The notes beneath the pieces are model-generated. The model saw only the letters and a program-made list of their open reading frames with translations. It was not told the origin of the DNA and made no database searches. From Octopus sinensis (Eukaryota), in assembly GCF_006345805.1 (NCBI RefSeq), contig NC_043009.1:9858001-9922000 (forward strand): a DNA stretch of 64,000 bases. Direction: 5' to 3'. Shown here piece after piece: positions 25,297 through 37,499 of the stretch. The position numbers and the translations under genes are program-made. Every line of letters begins with the position of its first letter. Position 1 is the first letter of the stretch.

Positions 25297-26301
25297 GTTA
25301 CTGACTATCTCTCCTTGAAAGATTTAGAAATAATAATATCTGAAATTTTTTGTTTAAAACTGAACATTTAGCACTGAACGAAGAAAGATGCACCTGGAAT
25401 ATATAGAATGCTTATTTCCGAATGTTAGGTTCTGGTCATGAGGGTTATTATACACTGGTACTAATGTTTGATGAGCTAAGGGAGTAGTACTTGCATTTCA
25501 AAGGGCAGCCGTTTCACATTCTGTATCATGCTGAATTTCCCTGAGAACTACATTAAGGGTACATGTGACGGTGGAGTGTTCAACCACAAGCACATTAATT
25601 TCATGAGCAAGCTGTTCCATTGATTATCATCATCATCATCATTTAACGTCCGCTTTCCATGCTAGCATGGGTTGGATGATTTGACTGAAGACTGGCGAAC
25701 CCGATGGCTGCACCAGACTCCAATCTTGATGTGGCAGAGTTTCTACAGCTGGATGCCCTTCCTAACACCAACACTTGAATGGTGCTTTTTACATGCCACT
25801 GGCATGGAAGTCAGTTAGCTGCTCTTGGTATATCTGTGTTTGTGTAAACCATGTATTCATTCACAAATAAATATATAATTACAATGTGTTAACATGTTTG
25901 ATGAAGTTTTCTTGTGATTGTTTGGGATTTTAGAGACTACTTTGTATTTTGTGTTCGCATAAATGTGGAACAGGAGTGTTCTTTTGTTGAAAATGAAACA
26001 CTCACAACACAAACAGAATCAAGTCATTCAAATGAACGAGAAAAGTTTGAAGTTGTATTTGAAAATCTTATTGTTCTTGAAGATGAACATACAATCACAT
26101 CAGGCCCAAAATTAACACCAGTTGTACATCCTTCCTGAAGGACTCCAGAGTCATCAAGACAAACTGTAGCACAAGAACTAAAATTCATGGACTCAAATGG
26201 TATCATATAGAGAGTTGAAGAACACAGTTTCAGACTGAACAAGAATAGAATCAAATGGAATAAGAGCTTTCATGAATAAGGCTGACCTGATAAACTATAT
26301 T

Positions 26302-26896
26302 TATTTCTTTACTACCCACAAGGGGCTAAACATAGAGGAGACAAACAAAGACAGACAAAGGGATTAAGTCGATTATATCGACCCCAGTGCGAAACTGGTA
26401 CTTTATTTAATCGACCCCGAAAGGATGAAAGGCAAAGTCGACCTCGGCAGAATTTGAACTCAGAACGTAGTGGCAGACGCAATACCTATTTCTTTACTAC
26501 CCACAAGGGGCTAAACATAGAGGAGACAAACAAGGACAGACAAACAGATTAAGTTGATTACATCGACCCCAGTACGAAACTGGTATTTAATTTATCGACC
26601 CCGAAAGGATGAAAGGCAAAGTCGACCTCGGTGGAATTTGAACTCAGAACGTAACAGCAGAAGAAATACCTTATTTCTTTATTACCCACAAGGAGCTAAA
26701 CACAGAGAGGACAAACAAGGACAGACATAGGTATTAAGTCGATTGCATCGACCCCAGTGCGTAACTGGTACTTTATTTATCGACCCCGAAAGGATGAAAG
26801 GCAAAGTCGACCTCAGCGGAATTTGAACTCAGAACGTAACAGCAGACGAAATACCGCAAAGCATTTCGCCTGGCGCACTAACGTTTCTGCCAGCTC
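26302..26896 (-). mobile_element. Trimeric SINE-B insertion bounded by a single 17-bp TSD
   Basis: TSD ACCTGATAAACTATATT at 26285-26301 and 26897-26913. One full unit is followed by two units that start at the internal GGTATTTC. Confidence 0.88.
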
Positions 26897-28687
26897 ACCT
26901 GATAAACTATATTAACTACCAGACACTATCAGGTGTTCCTAGAACTGCAAGAATAAATGAACACATGTCCAGGTATACTATTCAAAGGCCATGTAGTTGT
27001 TGTTCTACAAGGGATGAGATGGCAAATATTTAACTATCAGATAAGTCACATTGAGTTGCCCGCTGTGTTGAAAGAGGGCAAGATAACTGCTGTATAGGTA
27101 TGGGATGTCAGTAGATATCTTTGGACTGGTTGACGAATGTGATGATTCTATGCAGTGCCAAGAAATCAGTAAACAGAATCATTCAAATCAATAGCCATGC
27201 AGGAGCTGTTATTGGCAATTGTTGGAGGAGACTTGTGGCAGAAAATGGACTGCCTTTTAGAAGCCAATTGTTCAAAGAACTCCTCAACAATTGGCAGTTT
27301 GAGCACAGAAATTCCAGTCCAAAATATCCACAATCTAAAGGCATCTTAGAGAAAAGTCTTGGAATTTTCAAATCAATACTAGTGAAGACAGATGTGCCAT
27401 ATTTTGTCCATTTAGACAACAGAGACAAACCTGTCAGAACATATGCCTTTTTCCGGTGGTTAGGTTATTTGGTTGAAGGAGCAGAATCTTACTACCTATT
27501 GGTAATCACTAGTTGAAATGTGGTAAACACAAGGGCTACCAACTTTACTTAGTGACTGAAATAGCAAGGATAACAAACCAGCAAAATATCTTTCACTAAT
27601 AAAAAGACAGGAAATAGTGCAAACGACAGTTGCAGGTTACCTCTTCATCCCATCATCTGCTCCTCGTACAGCCTTGCAATCCTTCTACCCACCCACTTCT
27701 CGTGCCTTAAAGGGTCACCTGGACACCTCATCTCCACTGTCTATCTCTTCACAGCTCCTACTGACTATTCTCTCCTTCTCCTACTAAATGTAGGGGAACA
27801 ACCATGCAGCTCTTCTACAAGAACCTGCACAGTTCCCTGCCACCTTCTCTCATACTTAAACTCCTCGTCCCTTTGCATAAACCCAACTACCCACTCCCTG
27901 TGGGGTCATAAGTCTTGGATGGATGGAAGAAGCACTCAGTACAATTCCTGATCTTGGTAACACAGCATCACAAACAAATGAATCAACAAGTACTAATTCA
28001 CCAGGTACAGAGGCAGTTAAATGCAGAGGAAGGACCAGTGAGCCAATAAATGTTAATTCACCAGTCACTGGAGCAGTCACACACAATGGAAGAATTAGGA
28101 AAAAAAAACTATCTTAACTAGCAACAAACCAATGGTGTTAAATTCCTCCCTGAAAGCTTGCTTGTTATATTGTATGCATTATTATGATGGAGATGTTATG
28201 TAAACGTAACACAGACACTAGTTATCCCATCCCTATACAATATTTTATAGAATGACTTTTGAAAGTAGAAGGAAAAATAAAAGGGATGTAACAAGAATTA
28301 TTTTCACTCACTCACACACACACACCACCGCCGCAGCCACCACCACCACCACTACCACTACCACCACCATCCTCCTCCTCCTCCTCATCATTTAACATTC
28401 ATCTTCCATGCTGGCATAGGTTGGACAGTTTGACAAGAACTGGCAAACTAGAGGACTGCACTAAGCTCCACTGTCTGTTTTTGGCATGGTTTTTACAGTG
28501 GGATACCATTCCTAAAGCCACCCACTTTACAGAGTGGACCAGATGCTTTTTATGTGGCACCAGAACTGGCTGGGTCTGTTTGGCATAGTTTTTTTATGGC
28601 TGGATGATCCTCTTCGTGCCAATAACTTTACAGAGTGGACTAGGGGATTTTCACATGGCAACACACAAAAACGTGTGTGTGTATGTG

Positions 28688-29104
28688 GGATCTTTTCGGT
28701 TTGAATGGCAGTTTTTTGTAGCGGTGTCATATGAAATTGTCACCCATAATTATGACCCTAGTATCGATCTATTGCATTTCAATCTGTTTTAGGGTTAGGG
28801 TTAAGGGTGGGGGAAAGGGTATCTTTTTTTCTTCACAAATGTAAATGAACCCAATCTGTTTCTTAAACGAGGGACATATTCATATGGCACAGAATGATTT
28901 TTTTACCTCAATAGACGTCATTGATTGGTTGAAATTGCAGAAATTGAAGAAAAAAAACAAATATCTTACAAACCATAGAATTTTCTCAATAAAGCCAAGA
29001 GAAAAATATGTTTTATAAACACATTCTACCAGTATACGAAGTTTAAAAGTGTTTAGTTACGTGGAAATTATTTTAAAAAACTGCCGTTCAAAATGAAAAG
29101 ATCC
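28688..29104 (+). mobile_element. MITE of about 420 bp with GGATCTTTTCGGTTTGAACGGCAG TIRs and an internal (TTAGGG)n-like tract
   Basis: 9-bp TSD GTGTATGTG. Copies at 53149-53558 (+, 8-bp near-TSD) and 54675-55114 (-), partial copies at about 59085-59292 and 59945-60145. Confidence 0.85.
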
Positions 29105-30717
29105 GTGTATGTGTGCAATAGGCAATTAGATCTGTTCTGAGTCTTAGGAATCATGCGGCTAGAGTTTAACCCAGTTCCTATGGCCTATAAATGACTGGGA
29201 TTACAACACTCACTCCTCAATGGGATGCCAGGCCATTGCAGGGTCAACTTTCCAGGAATTGCTGAAACTCATTAAACAGCAATGTGAAATGACGTGTGCT
29301 GCTCAAGAACAAAATGCACCGTCTGGTCCGGGAATTGAAACCACAATCTTATGATTGCAAGTGCAACATCCTAACCAATAAGCCATGCTCCTTCAAACAG
29401 TAGGCAATGATTTCCATTTCCATTTTGAGAATGGACTAATGTGCTGCTTGATTTAAGTAAAAAACTTCAACACAATTATAACATCATCATCATCATCGTT
29501 TAGCATCCGCTTTCCATGCTAGCATGGGTTGGACGGTTCAACTGGGGTCTGGGAAGCCAGAAGGCTGCACCAGGCCCAGTTTGATCTGGCAATGTTTCTA
29601 CGGCTGGATGCCCTTCCTAACGCCAACCACTCCATGAGTGTAGTGGGTGCTTTTTACGTGCCATTATAGTTATTCAGAACAAGATCTCAAATAACTAAAT
29701 ACTGTAACATAATATTGGTCTCGAATTTTTGCACAAGGCCAGCAAGTTTGCAGGGAGTGGTTAAGTCAATTACATTGACCCCAGTGCTCAGCTGGTACTT
29801 ATTTTATAGACCCCCTCCCCCAATAGAATAAAAGGTGTAGTCAACCTTGGTGGAATTTGAACTCAGAACACAAGGACAGCTGAGACACCATTATGTATGC
29901 TGCCTGGTGTGCTAATGGTTCTGCCAGCTCGCGGCCTTACACTGTAAGATAATATTAACAATATTTACCTGGTTCCGTATTTGGCTGGCTTCCGTGCCGG
30001 TGGCACGTTAAAAGCACCAACCGATCGTGGCCAATGCCAGACCCCCTGGCACCTGTGCAGGTGGCACGTAAAAAGCACCCACTACACTCGCGGAGTGGTT
30101 GGTGTTAGGATGGGCATCCAGCCGTAGAAATACTGCCAGATCAGACTGGAGCCTGGTGCAGCCTTCTGGCTTCCCAGACCCCGGTCGAATCGTCCAACCT
30201 GGGCTAGCGCGGAAAACGGATGTTAAACGATGATGATGATGATGATGATGATGATTTACCCTCCGTTGATTTCTTTTTAATAGAAGACACATATTAATTC
30301 TGTCTAGAAAAGAACAATGATTATGTTATCAATTTTCTTAATTATCTCTCCAGTAATTATCACACACACACACAAGTATTGATCATAGGTATGTACACTG
30401 ATAATGCACATTCACACATTTGAACAGTATCCAAAAAACAGATAAAAACTCATTATACTAACTGATAAGCCTTTACTCATTAATACACAAGCTTCAACCC
30501 CTTCCCGTATAAGTGGATTATGCCCTTTTTTTAACCACCACAACTATAGCAAACCCTACTCTATGGATTCTACTGATAGTATACAAATTCTATGCAGCAG
30601 CTGTTAAGTTCTCAAGTTAGCTTGCACTGAACGCATAGACTCAATCAAAAACATTCCAACTGTGACCATCTCATCTAACTTTTGTTGTTTTTCAGGCAGT
30701 ATGTCAGGGGCTGCATT

Positions 30718-30831
30718 ATGAACGAATAGTTGTGAAAGGGCTGATAGACAGAAATGGAGTCATTATACATTTTTCTAAATCTTGTATGACCCTATTTCTG
30801 TCTATCAGCCTTTTCACGACTATTTGTTCAT
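30718..30831. repeat. Imperfect hairpin of about 50 bp with a 13-nt loop
   Basis: ATGAACGAATAGTTGTGAAAGGGCTGATAGACAGAAATGGAGTCA pairs with TGACCCTATTTCTGTCTATCAGCCTTTTCACGACTATTTGTTCAT. Confidence 0.85.
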
Positions 30832-31476
30832 TCCACTCTCCATTCTTTTGTTCCCCCTCTCTCACATTTCTTTGCCTTCTTTTCTTGCTCACTTTCCCTC
30901 CACTTTTCACTTCACTGTGCCCCTGTCATTTTTTCTCGCTCCTCCTTAATTCTTCAGTCTCTCTGCTTCTACTTCTCTCTCTTCTCTCCTCACATGACTG
31001 GCGTTCAGCCAAGCCTGTTCCTTCTTGGTCTGGCCATTGTCCGTGCAACATCAATATTCTTCCATGTTTGTGAAATCTTGTATCTCTGCCGTAAGGCTTC
31101 ATTTCCACACACGCCGGCTTAATTCAATTCGTCCTTAGTCGAAAGACACCTATTGTTATGTCCTGTTATTATTTTTATTGTATTTATATTTGTGTAACAT
31201 TGACTGTTTTTTGTCTGTCCTTGTTTTTGCATACATTCACTGCTTTCTTCCAAGGAATCTAATGCTCTTAGCTTAGTTTTTCCTTGGGGCTGGCCAGATT
31301 GGAGCAATCTCAAGTATAATCAGCCAAAATTGCGAGGATAATCTAATGCTTGACTGAGGAAAGGAAACTTCGAATGACCTGTCCTTGTTTTCTTTGTATC
31401 GTCTATCTGGATGTTTTGTTGTCCCATTTTTGTATCACCTAGCTGTCCAGATATTTTGCATTCTTGTCCCATTTTG

Positions 31477-31581
<105 letters not shown>

Positions 31582-33864
31582 GCACATGGTTTAGTGGTCA
31601 AGGTGTTAGACTCGTAATTGTAAGATTGTGGTTTCGATTCATGGACCAGGCGATGTGTTGTGTTCTTTGTTCTTGAGGAAAACACTTCATTTCTCATTGC
31701 TCCATCCACTCAGCTGAAGAAATGAGTTTAGCCTGAAGAGGGATGGGCTCCGTCAGATTTTCTTGCCCAAGATACACTACATGACTGCAGTGCCCCAACG
31801 ACCCGCAAGGGGGTTAAATGACTTGTCCGTTGTCCATATATGTATATATTTGTATATTTGCAGGATCCAATAGAATTCAGGTATTTTAGTAATAAGGAAC
31901 ACCAAGGTAGATTTATTACCAGATATATTAAACATCAAAACAGCCTGTCTCAATTAACTTTTTCAACTGGACCGTCATGAGAGAGTCAAAAACATTCTAT
32001 ACCCTTTGTTTGAAAAATCCTAAATGCTGAATTTTATTTTAATTTTAATTCACCTGAATAAAATTGGTTTTTTACATGACTTTTTCATAAAAAATATTAA
32101 AAAAAAAACTCATCTGAAACAGCTGTAGTGAACCTCATCTGCAGAGTGTTTGGTATTAGGAAGGGCATCCTGCCATAAAATCCCTGCCAAAACAGACACA
32201 GTAGCTTAGAGTAGTTTCTCTACCTGGCCAACTACAGTCAACTGTCCTCCTCATGCATGTGTGGAAAATGGACATTAAATGATAATGATGATGATGATAT
32301 ATAAATATATAAATGCGCCCTTTTAAAGCTTAGCCAGGCTCATGGGCCCGGTTTCCCGGTTTCTATGGCGTATGTGTTCCCAAGCTGGATGGGGCGCCAG
32401 TCCATCACAGCGTTACTCATTTTTGCCAGCTGAGTGGACTGGAGCAACGTGAAATGAAGTTCTTTGCTCAAGAACACAACGCGTCGTCCGGTCCAGGAAT
32501 CGAAACCACAATCTTACGATCATGAAGCTGACACCCTAACCACTAAGCCACGCGCCTCCACTGATATATATATTGTCTATCAAAATTAAGTAGTCATAAT
32601 TAGATTGTGTTGATGAGGTCTAAGAAATGATACTGAAACATGTCCAGAGTTGTTTCTGAACTACTAAAGATCACTCACTTATCACTGCTTTTCATATTCA
32701 ATTAATTTCACTTTCTTGAAATTTCCTGGTTATTTCTCCCTACTTTTTAGTTTGTGACTGGTCGAAAAGAATTAGTAATTTAGATAATGATTTCTCCCAT
32801 GACTCAAGCTGTTACTTTTACCTCATTAATATCTCTTAGTTTACAATAACAGGAATGCCAGTGCTCACTTTGCCATGAATTTGTGTATAATCTTGCCATG
32901 AAAGCTTCTAATGAATGACTGAAAAAAACCAATCCTATTCCAAATCCCAAGGAAAAAGAAAACAAGAGAGAAAGAGAAGGGGAGGGAGGAGAAAGGGTGT
33001 GTTTCTCTAGTTTTTATAGTATTGGATAGATAGATCTCTCCCTGGATATGACAGTGGTTAATTGCAGTTCAGTTAGCAACGCAAAGTAATGAAACATTCG
33101 TTTGTAGTTTATTGATGCTTTTAATCATGAACTCTTATCAACTGCAATAAATGCTTAGAATTAGGTCAAGCTAACAAGACAAGACAGCCTCTACAAGGTT
33201 GCTAAATTTGCTGGAAATAACAGCTAAATCTCCCTCAAATCACATTCTTCTGTTCTAAATAAGAACATTTTAGGTATATAATCTAAGATATTATATAAAG
33301 TCTCTGATGGTCTGACAAAATTGTTTGAGTCTAGTACTGCTGAATCCATGATGACCCCGTGGTGAAACAACAAATTACAATCAAGAGAAGGTAACAAGGC
33401 AGCCTCTGTTTAGATCAGTGGTTCTCAACTTGGGTCCACGTGACCTTTTAGGGTCCATATAAGATTTTGTTGTTAAAATTTATCGGCAATAAATTGGTTA
33501 TATTTCTACAATACATAAAATATATTAAATTTTTTATGCGATTTCTAACAACAGGCGTAGGAGTGGCTGTGTGGTAAGTAGCTTGCTTACAAACCACATG
33601 GTTCCAGGTTCAGTCCCACTGAGTGGCACTTTGGGCAAGTGTCTTCTACTATAGCCTCGGGACGACCAAAACCTTGTGAGTGGATTTGGTAGACAGAAAC
33701 TGAAAGAAGCAAGTCATATATATGTATATATATATGTGTGTGTGTGTATATGTTTGTGTGTCTGTGTTTGTCCCCACCAACATCGCTTGACGACCAATGC
33801 TGGTGTGTTTACATCACCGTAACTAAGCAGTTCGGCAAAAGTGACCGATAGAATAAGTACTAAG

Positions 33865-34407
33865 TATTTCTTTATTACCCACAAAGGGGCCACGAAGAGG
33901 GGGACATTACAAGACGGGACATGGGGTACATAAAGTAAAAATAAAATATGAAGTAAAGATGAATTATATGTAATGAGATGGAACGGCTTACGAACCCCCA
34001 ACTCGCAGTTCCGTTTAAAATACAATTGTACATTTCATATATTCCAGTTCAAAATACAGTTTTACAGTTACATATATTCCAGTTCAAAGTACAATAATTT
34101 TACAATTTACATTTTAACATTACATATATTCCTGTTCAAAATACAACTTTACATCTTACAATTTTACAATTAACAATTTTACTTTTTAACCTTACATATA
34201 CTCTAATTCTTTTATATTGGACGTTCGTCCGTCATATATTCTAATAGGTCCATTTGGTCTATTACATTTGGTAAATTGTCATACCGTACATAATGCGTTA
34301 TATGAATAGCATTAAATATCTTTTTTAATTTTGTGTATGTTTCTTTTTCTATAATTGCGCCTTTTACATCGTCGCCATACAGTTTTGGGTTCACCTTCAC
34401 CCTGACC
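33865..34407 (-). mobile_element. 5'-truncated non-LTR retrotransposon (3' ORF end plus 3' UTR) inserted into a SINE-A
   Basis: 7-bp TSD TACTAAG splits the SINE-A. ORF end at 34400-34212, 3' UTR with tandem repeats, tail GTGGGTAATAAAGAAATA. Confidence 0.7.
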
Positions 34408-35329
34408 TACTAAGGCTTACAAAGAATAAGTCCTGAGGTCGATTTGCTAAACTAAAGGCGGTGCTCCAGCATGGCCACAGTCAAATGAGTGAAACAAGTA
34501 AAAGAGTAAAAGAGAGCAAAGAGTAATATTTAATAATAAAAATACAGTAAGATGCTTTTTTATACACATCGACTGGCTATGGAGGCCCAGCAGAGTAAAA
34601 ATAGGAATCAAAAGGGTCCATTAGCAGAAAATGGTTCGGAAACACTGGTCTAGATGGTTGCTTGACATGCTAAATATATCAGCCAAATACCCCTCAAATT
34701 ATAGCCAACTATCTTTAAAAAGAAGTATAACATATGTTGACTGAGATATTCTATGCTAGAAAATAAAATGAGAAAACCATGGCTGGAATGCTTTGAACAT
34801 ATGTCTCCTTTAACGAAAGCTAGCCTGGGGCTTATCAACAACCTCATCATCATTTGACATTCATTATCCATGCATGGATCAGATAGTTTGACAGCATCCA
34901 GTGAGCTGCAGGACTGCGTCAAACACCAGTGTGAGCTTTTGGCATGGTTTCTACAGCTTGATGCCCTTCCTAACTAACGCCAACCACTTTACAGTATGTA
35001 CAGGATGTTGTTTTTCATGACACCAGTGCTAGTAAGGTCATCAAGTATCTTGCAGGACAAGAGAAGAGAAACCCTCGACGGAGTGGGAGTGTATGAAAGA
35101 GAGGGAGAGGTGGCTTTATGCAAGGTGTTGAGAAGTGTATGATGGAGGGACAAGCACAGGGGTCTTGCTTTGGAGAAGATACATGGCTATTTTGCATAGT
35201 ATAAGGGTGGGTGGGAATAGCTGAAAAGAAGATAAAGATGGTGACAAGGTAAAATTTACAGGGAGCTGATAAGAGCATTCCTAAATGATGGCTTGGCATG
35301 TAAGAGATAGCAAGAAAATCTCTCAAATA

Positions 35330-35678
35330 TCTCTATATATAAACGGCAAAATGTCTGTCTGTGTGTGTGTGTGTCCTTTATACAAATCCATAATTTTTCA
35401 GTTAGAGGGCTCGCACTTTCTATGGTCATTCAAAACCGCCCAAGGGTGGTCGTGCACATCTTTACATTTCCCCAGTCATCCCGCAAAGCCATTAAAAAAT
35501 CAACAGAAGTGACTTTTTGTGAATTTTCTATCCAAAACCCAATCAAAATACCCGAAACTTGATACGCCAATTGAATGCCAGCTAGCTGTATGTGATTGGT
35601 CGGAGATTTGGACAGTACTCGCGTGTATGTGCGCACGCACGCAGCTGTATATGCATGCACTAGCACTATGACCCGGCG
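35330..35678 (+). mobile_element. Helitron family 2, copy 2 (3' hairpin truncated)
   Basis: Same sequence as 21168-21535 in the opposite orientation. Confidence 0.82.
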
Positions 35679-36565
35679 TTAATAAAATAAAAACCAAGAA
35701 CATATTGGATACTGTAGTTCTAGATATACTAGGTCTCAAAAAATAAAAATATGGGGGAAATATGGGATGGTCATAATTAAAACATCTTTAATCATAGTTC
35801 TACTTGACCAGAGCTGACCTGGGGCTAAACAACAAGAAAGAGTCAGGCAGAGGTAGACTGAGTTGATATTTTACCTGTGGAGACAATGCCCTGCCGGTGG
35901 CAGAATATGGAACACCATACATTTGGATGATTTATGGGCACCTTCTCAATCATCTAGAGGTTCTCATATACAAGTGGGTGCTGAAAAGTTCCTGGCTTTA
36001 AAAGGGTATCGCGAAAGGCTTGGTTGAAAGCCCAACCTCCTGAGTTATTTTACAGGGCTTAGAAAACCTGAAGGGCAGCTGCATTAACCCTTTCGTTACT
36101 GTATTTATTTTGAGATGCTCTCTGTTTTTTTCAATTACTTTAAATATAACAAAGAATTTATCATTAAGCTAGTGTTAGGAACATAAACTGTGACTAAGGT
36201 TTGGGGAGAAGATTTTAATTCAAAACTTATAAAAACAAGATATTTGTACTACAGAGCCAGAGCCGGTTTCAGCCATGTTGGTATCAAAAGGGTTAAATGT
36301 GTGAATCTGAGAGGGGAATATATGTTGAATAGAATCTTAATTAAGTGATCCTCCTATATTTTCATTTACCCAAAGCCAGGAACTTTTCAGCACCCCCTCA
36401 CATGATTATATTGGACATTAAACCAATACCAAAATAAGGGTCAGCAACAGATGGAGGTGGGTGGGTCACAACCTACAACTGGGACACTGAGATGTTTACT
36501 GAAAGCTTTAAGTCTTTGCTAAAAGGATCCTTATTCACATATTTCTTTTCTTCTGTTGGAGTTTT

Positions 36566-37040
36566 CATCATCATCATCATTTAACGTCCACTTTCCATGC
36601 TGGCATGGGTTGGACGATTTGACTGAGGACTGGCGAACCAGATGGCTGCACCAGGCTCAATCTGATCAGGCAGAGTTTCTACAGCTGGATGCCCTTCCTA
36701 ATGCCAACCACTCCGAGAGTGTAGTGGATGCTTTTACGTGCCACTGGCATAAGGGCCAGTCAGGCGGTACTGGCAATGGCCATGCTCAAATAATGTTTTT
36801 TATGTGCCACCTGCACAGGAGTCAGTCCAGCGGCACTGGCAACGACCTCACTCGAATGTTTTGTTCACGTGCCACCGACACAAAGTGCCAGTAAGGCGAT
36901 GCTGGTAACGATCACACTCAAATGGTGCTTTTTACGTGCCACTGGCACAGAAGCCAGACAGCTGCTCTGGCAGTGACCCCGCTCGGATGGAGCTGTCAGT
37001 GCTCCACTGGCACGGGTGCCAGTCATCGAATTTGGTTCAA
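36566..37040 (+). mobile_element. SINE family C ((CAT)n end, internal tandem TTTTACGTGCCACCGGCAC units), probably LINE-tail derived
   Basis: The same sequence recurs at about 340-790, 6438-6740, 14150-14385, 22100-22466, 24010-24300, 25630-25810, 29484-29665 and 29985-30255. Confidence 0.85.
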
Positions 37041-37143
37041 TTTGAATTTCACTTATATGATTTTGAAATTTTGCATTCATGTAAGCATAAAAAGAAAATG
37101 CATTAAACAGGAAGAATATAAAAGATAAGATGTGTTAATTTAC

Positions 37144-37230
37144 CTGATTTGATCTGCAGTACACCAAGGCAACCATAGCCATCAAATGCCTTAGTATAAT
37201 TCTTCTTAATAGCGAGACTTTCTTCGGCAG
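37144..37230 (-). CDS. SYNJ1: Synaptojanin coding exon (87 nt), SAC1-like N-terminus: xAEESLAIKKNYTKAFDGYGCLGVLQIKS(G)
   Basis: Acceptor tctttctag and donor gtaaat on the minus strand. The translation matches the synaptojanin segment [29 protein letters not shown] (human sequence recalled from memory). Phase 1/1, joins in frame to exon 19307. Confidence 0.93.
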
Positions 37231-37463
37231 CTAGAAAGAGACAGAAAAAAAAAATTATATAATCATTTTACCATGCTTTTTTTTTCATGCTTGTATAGTA
37301 AATATGGTGCCACATAAAAAGTGCCCAGTACATTCTGTAAAGCTATTGGTGTTAGGAAGGGCATCCAGTTGTAGAACTATGCCAAAACAGACAATGGTGC
37401 TTGGTATGGCTCCTGGCCTTGTGAATTTCCGTCAAACCAACCAGCCCATGCCAGCATGAAAAA

Positions 37464-37499
<36 letters not shown>

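Larger units (their letters stand above)
23279..28200 (+). mobile_element. Decayed Gypsy-type LTR retrotransposon with many nested insertions (outer boundaries approximate)
   Basis: Putative LTR end ..ACA at 23413, followed by a PBS. In order: gag-like (23640-23880), RT N-terminal (26050-26260 PVVHPS*RTP...ELKFMDSNGII), integrase zinc-finger region (26940-27120), integrase core (27121-27516 ENGLPFRSQLF..HRNSSPKYPQSKG) and a typical C-terminus VTHNGRIRKK (to 28117). Confidence 0.8.

Noticed and set aside
26302-26896. Regularly spaced direct repeats resembling a CRISPR array
   Set aside because: The units are about 180-bp SINE bodies with no unique spacers, in eukaryotic DNA with no cas genes.
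28190-28310. 3' LTR of the Gypsy relic
   Set aside because: Purine tracts followed by TG are present, but there is no convincing match to the sequence upstream of the PBS.
31354-31385. CTGAGGA...CGAATGACC in the 31.2-31.5 kb / 60.7-60.9 kb repeat
   Set aside because: The second box reads GAAT, helices I and III are not evident, and the other copy does not keep the core.
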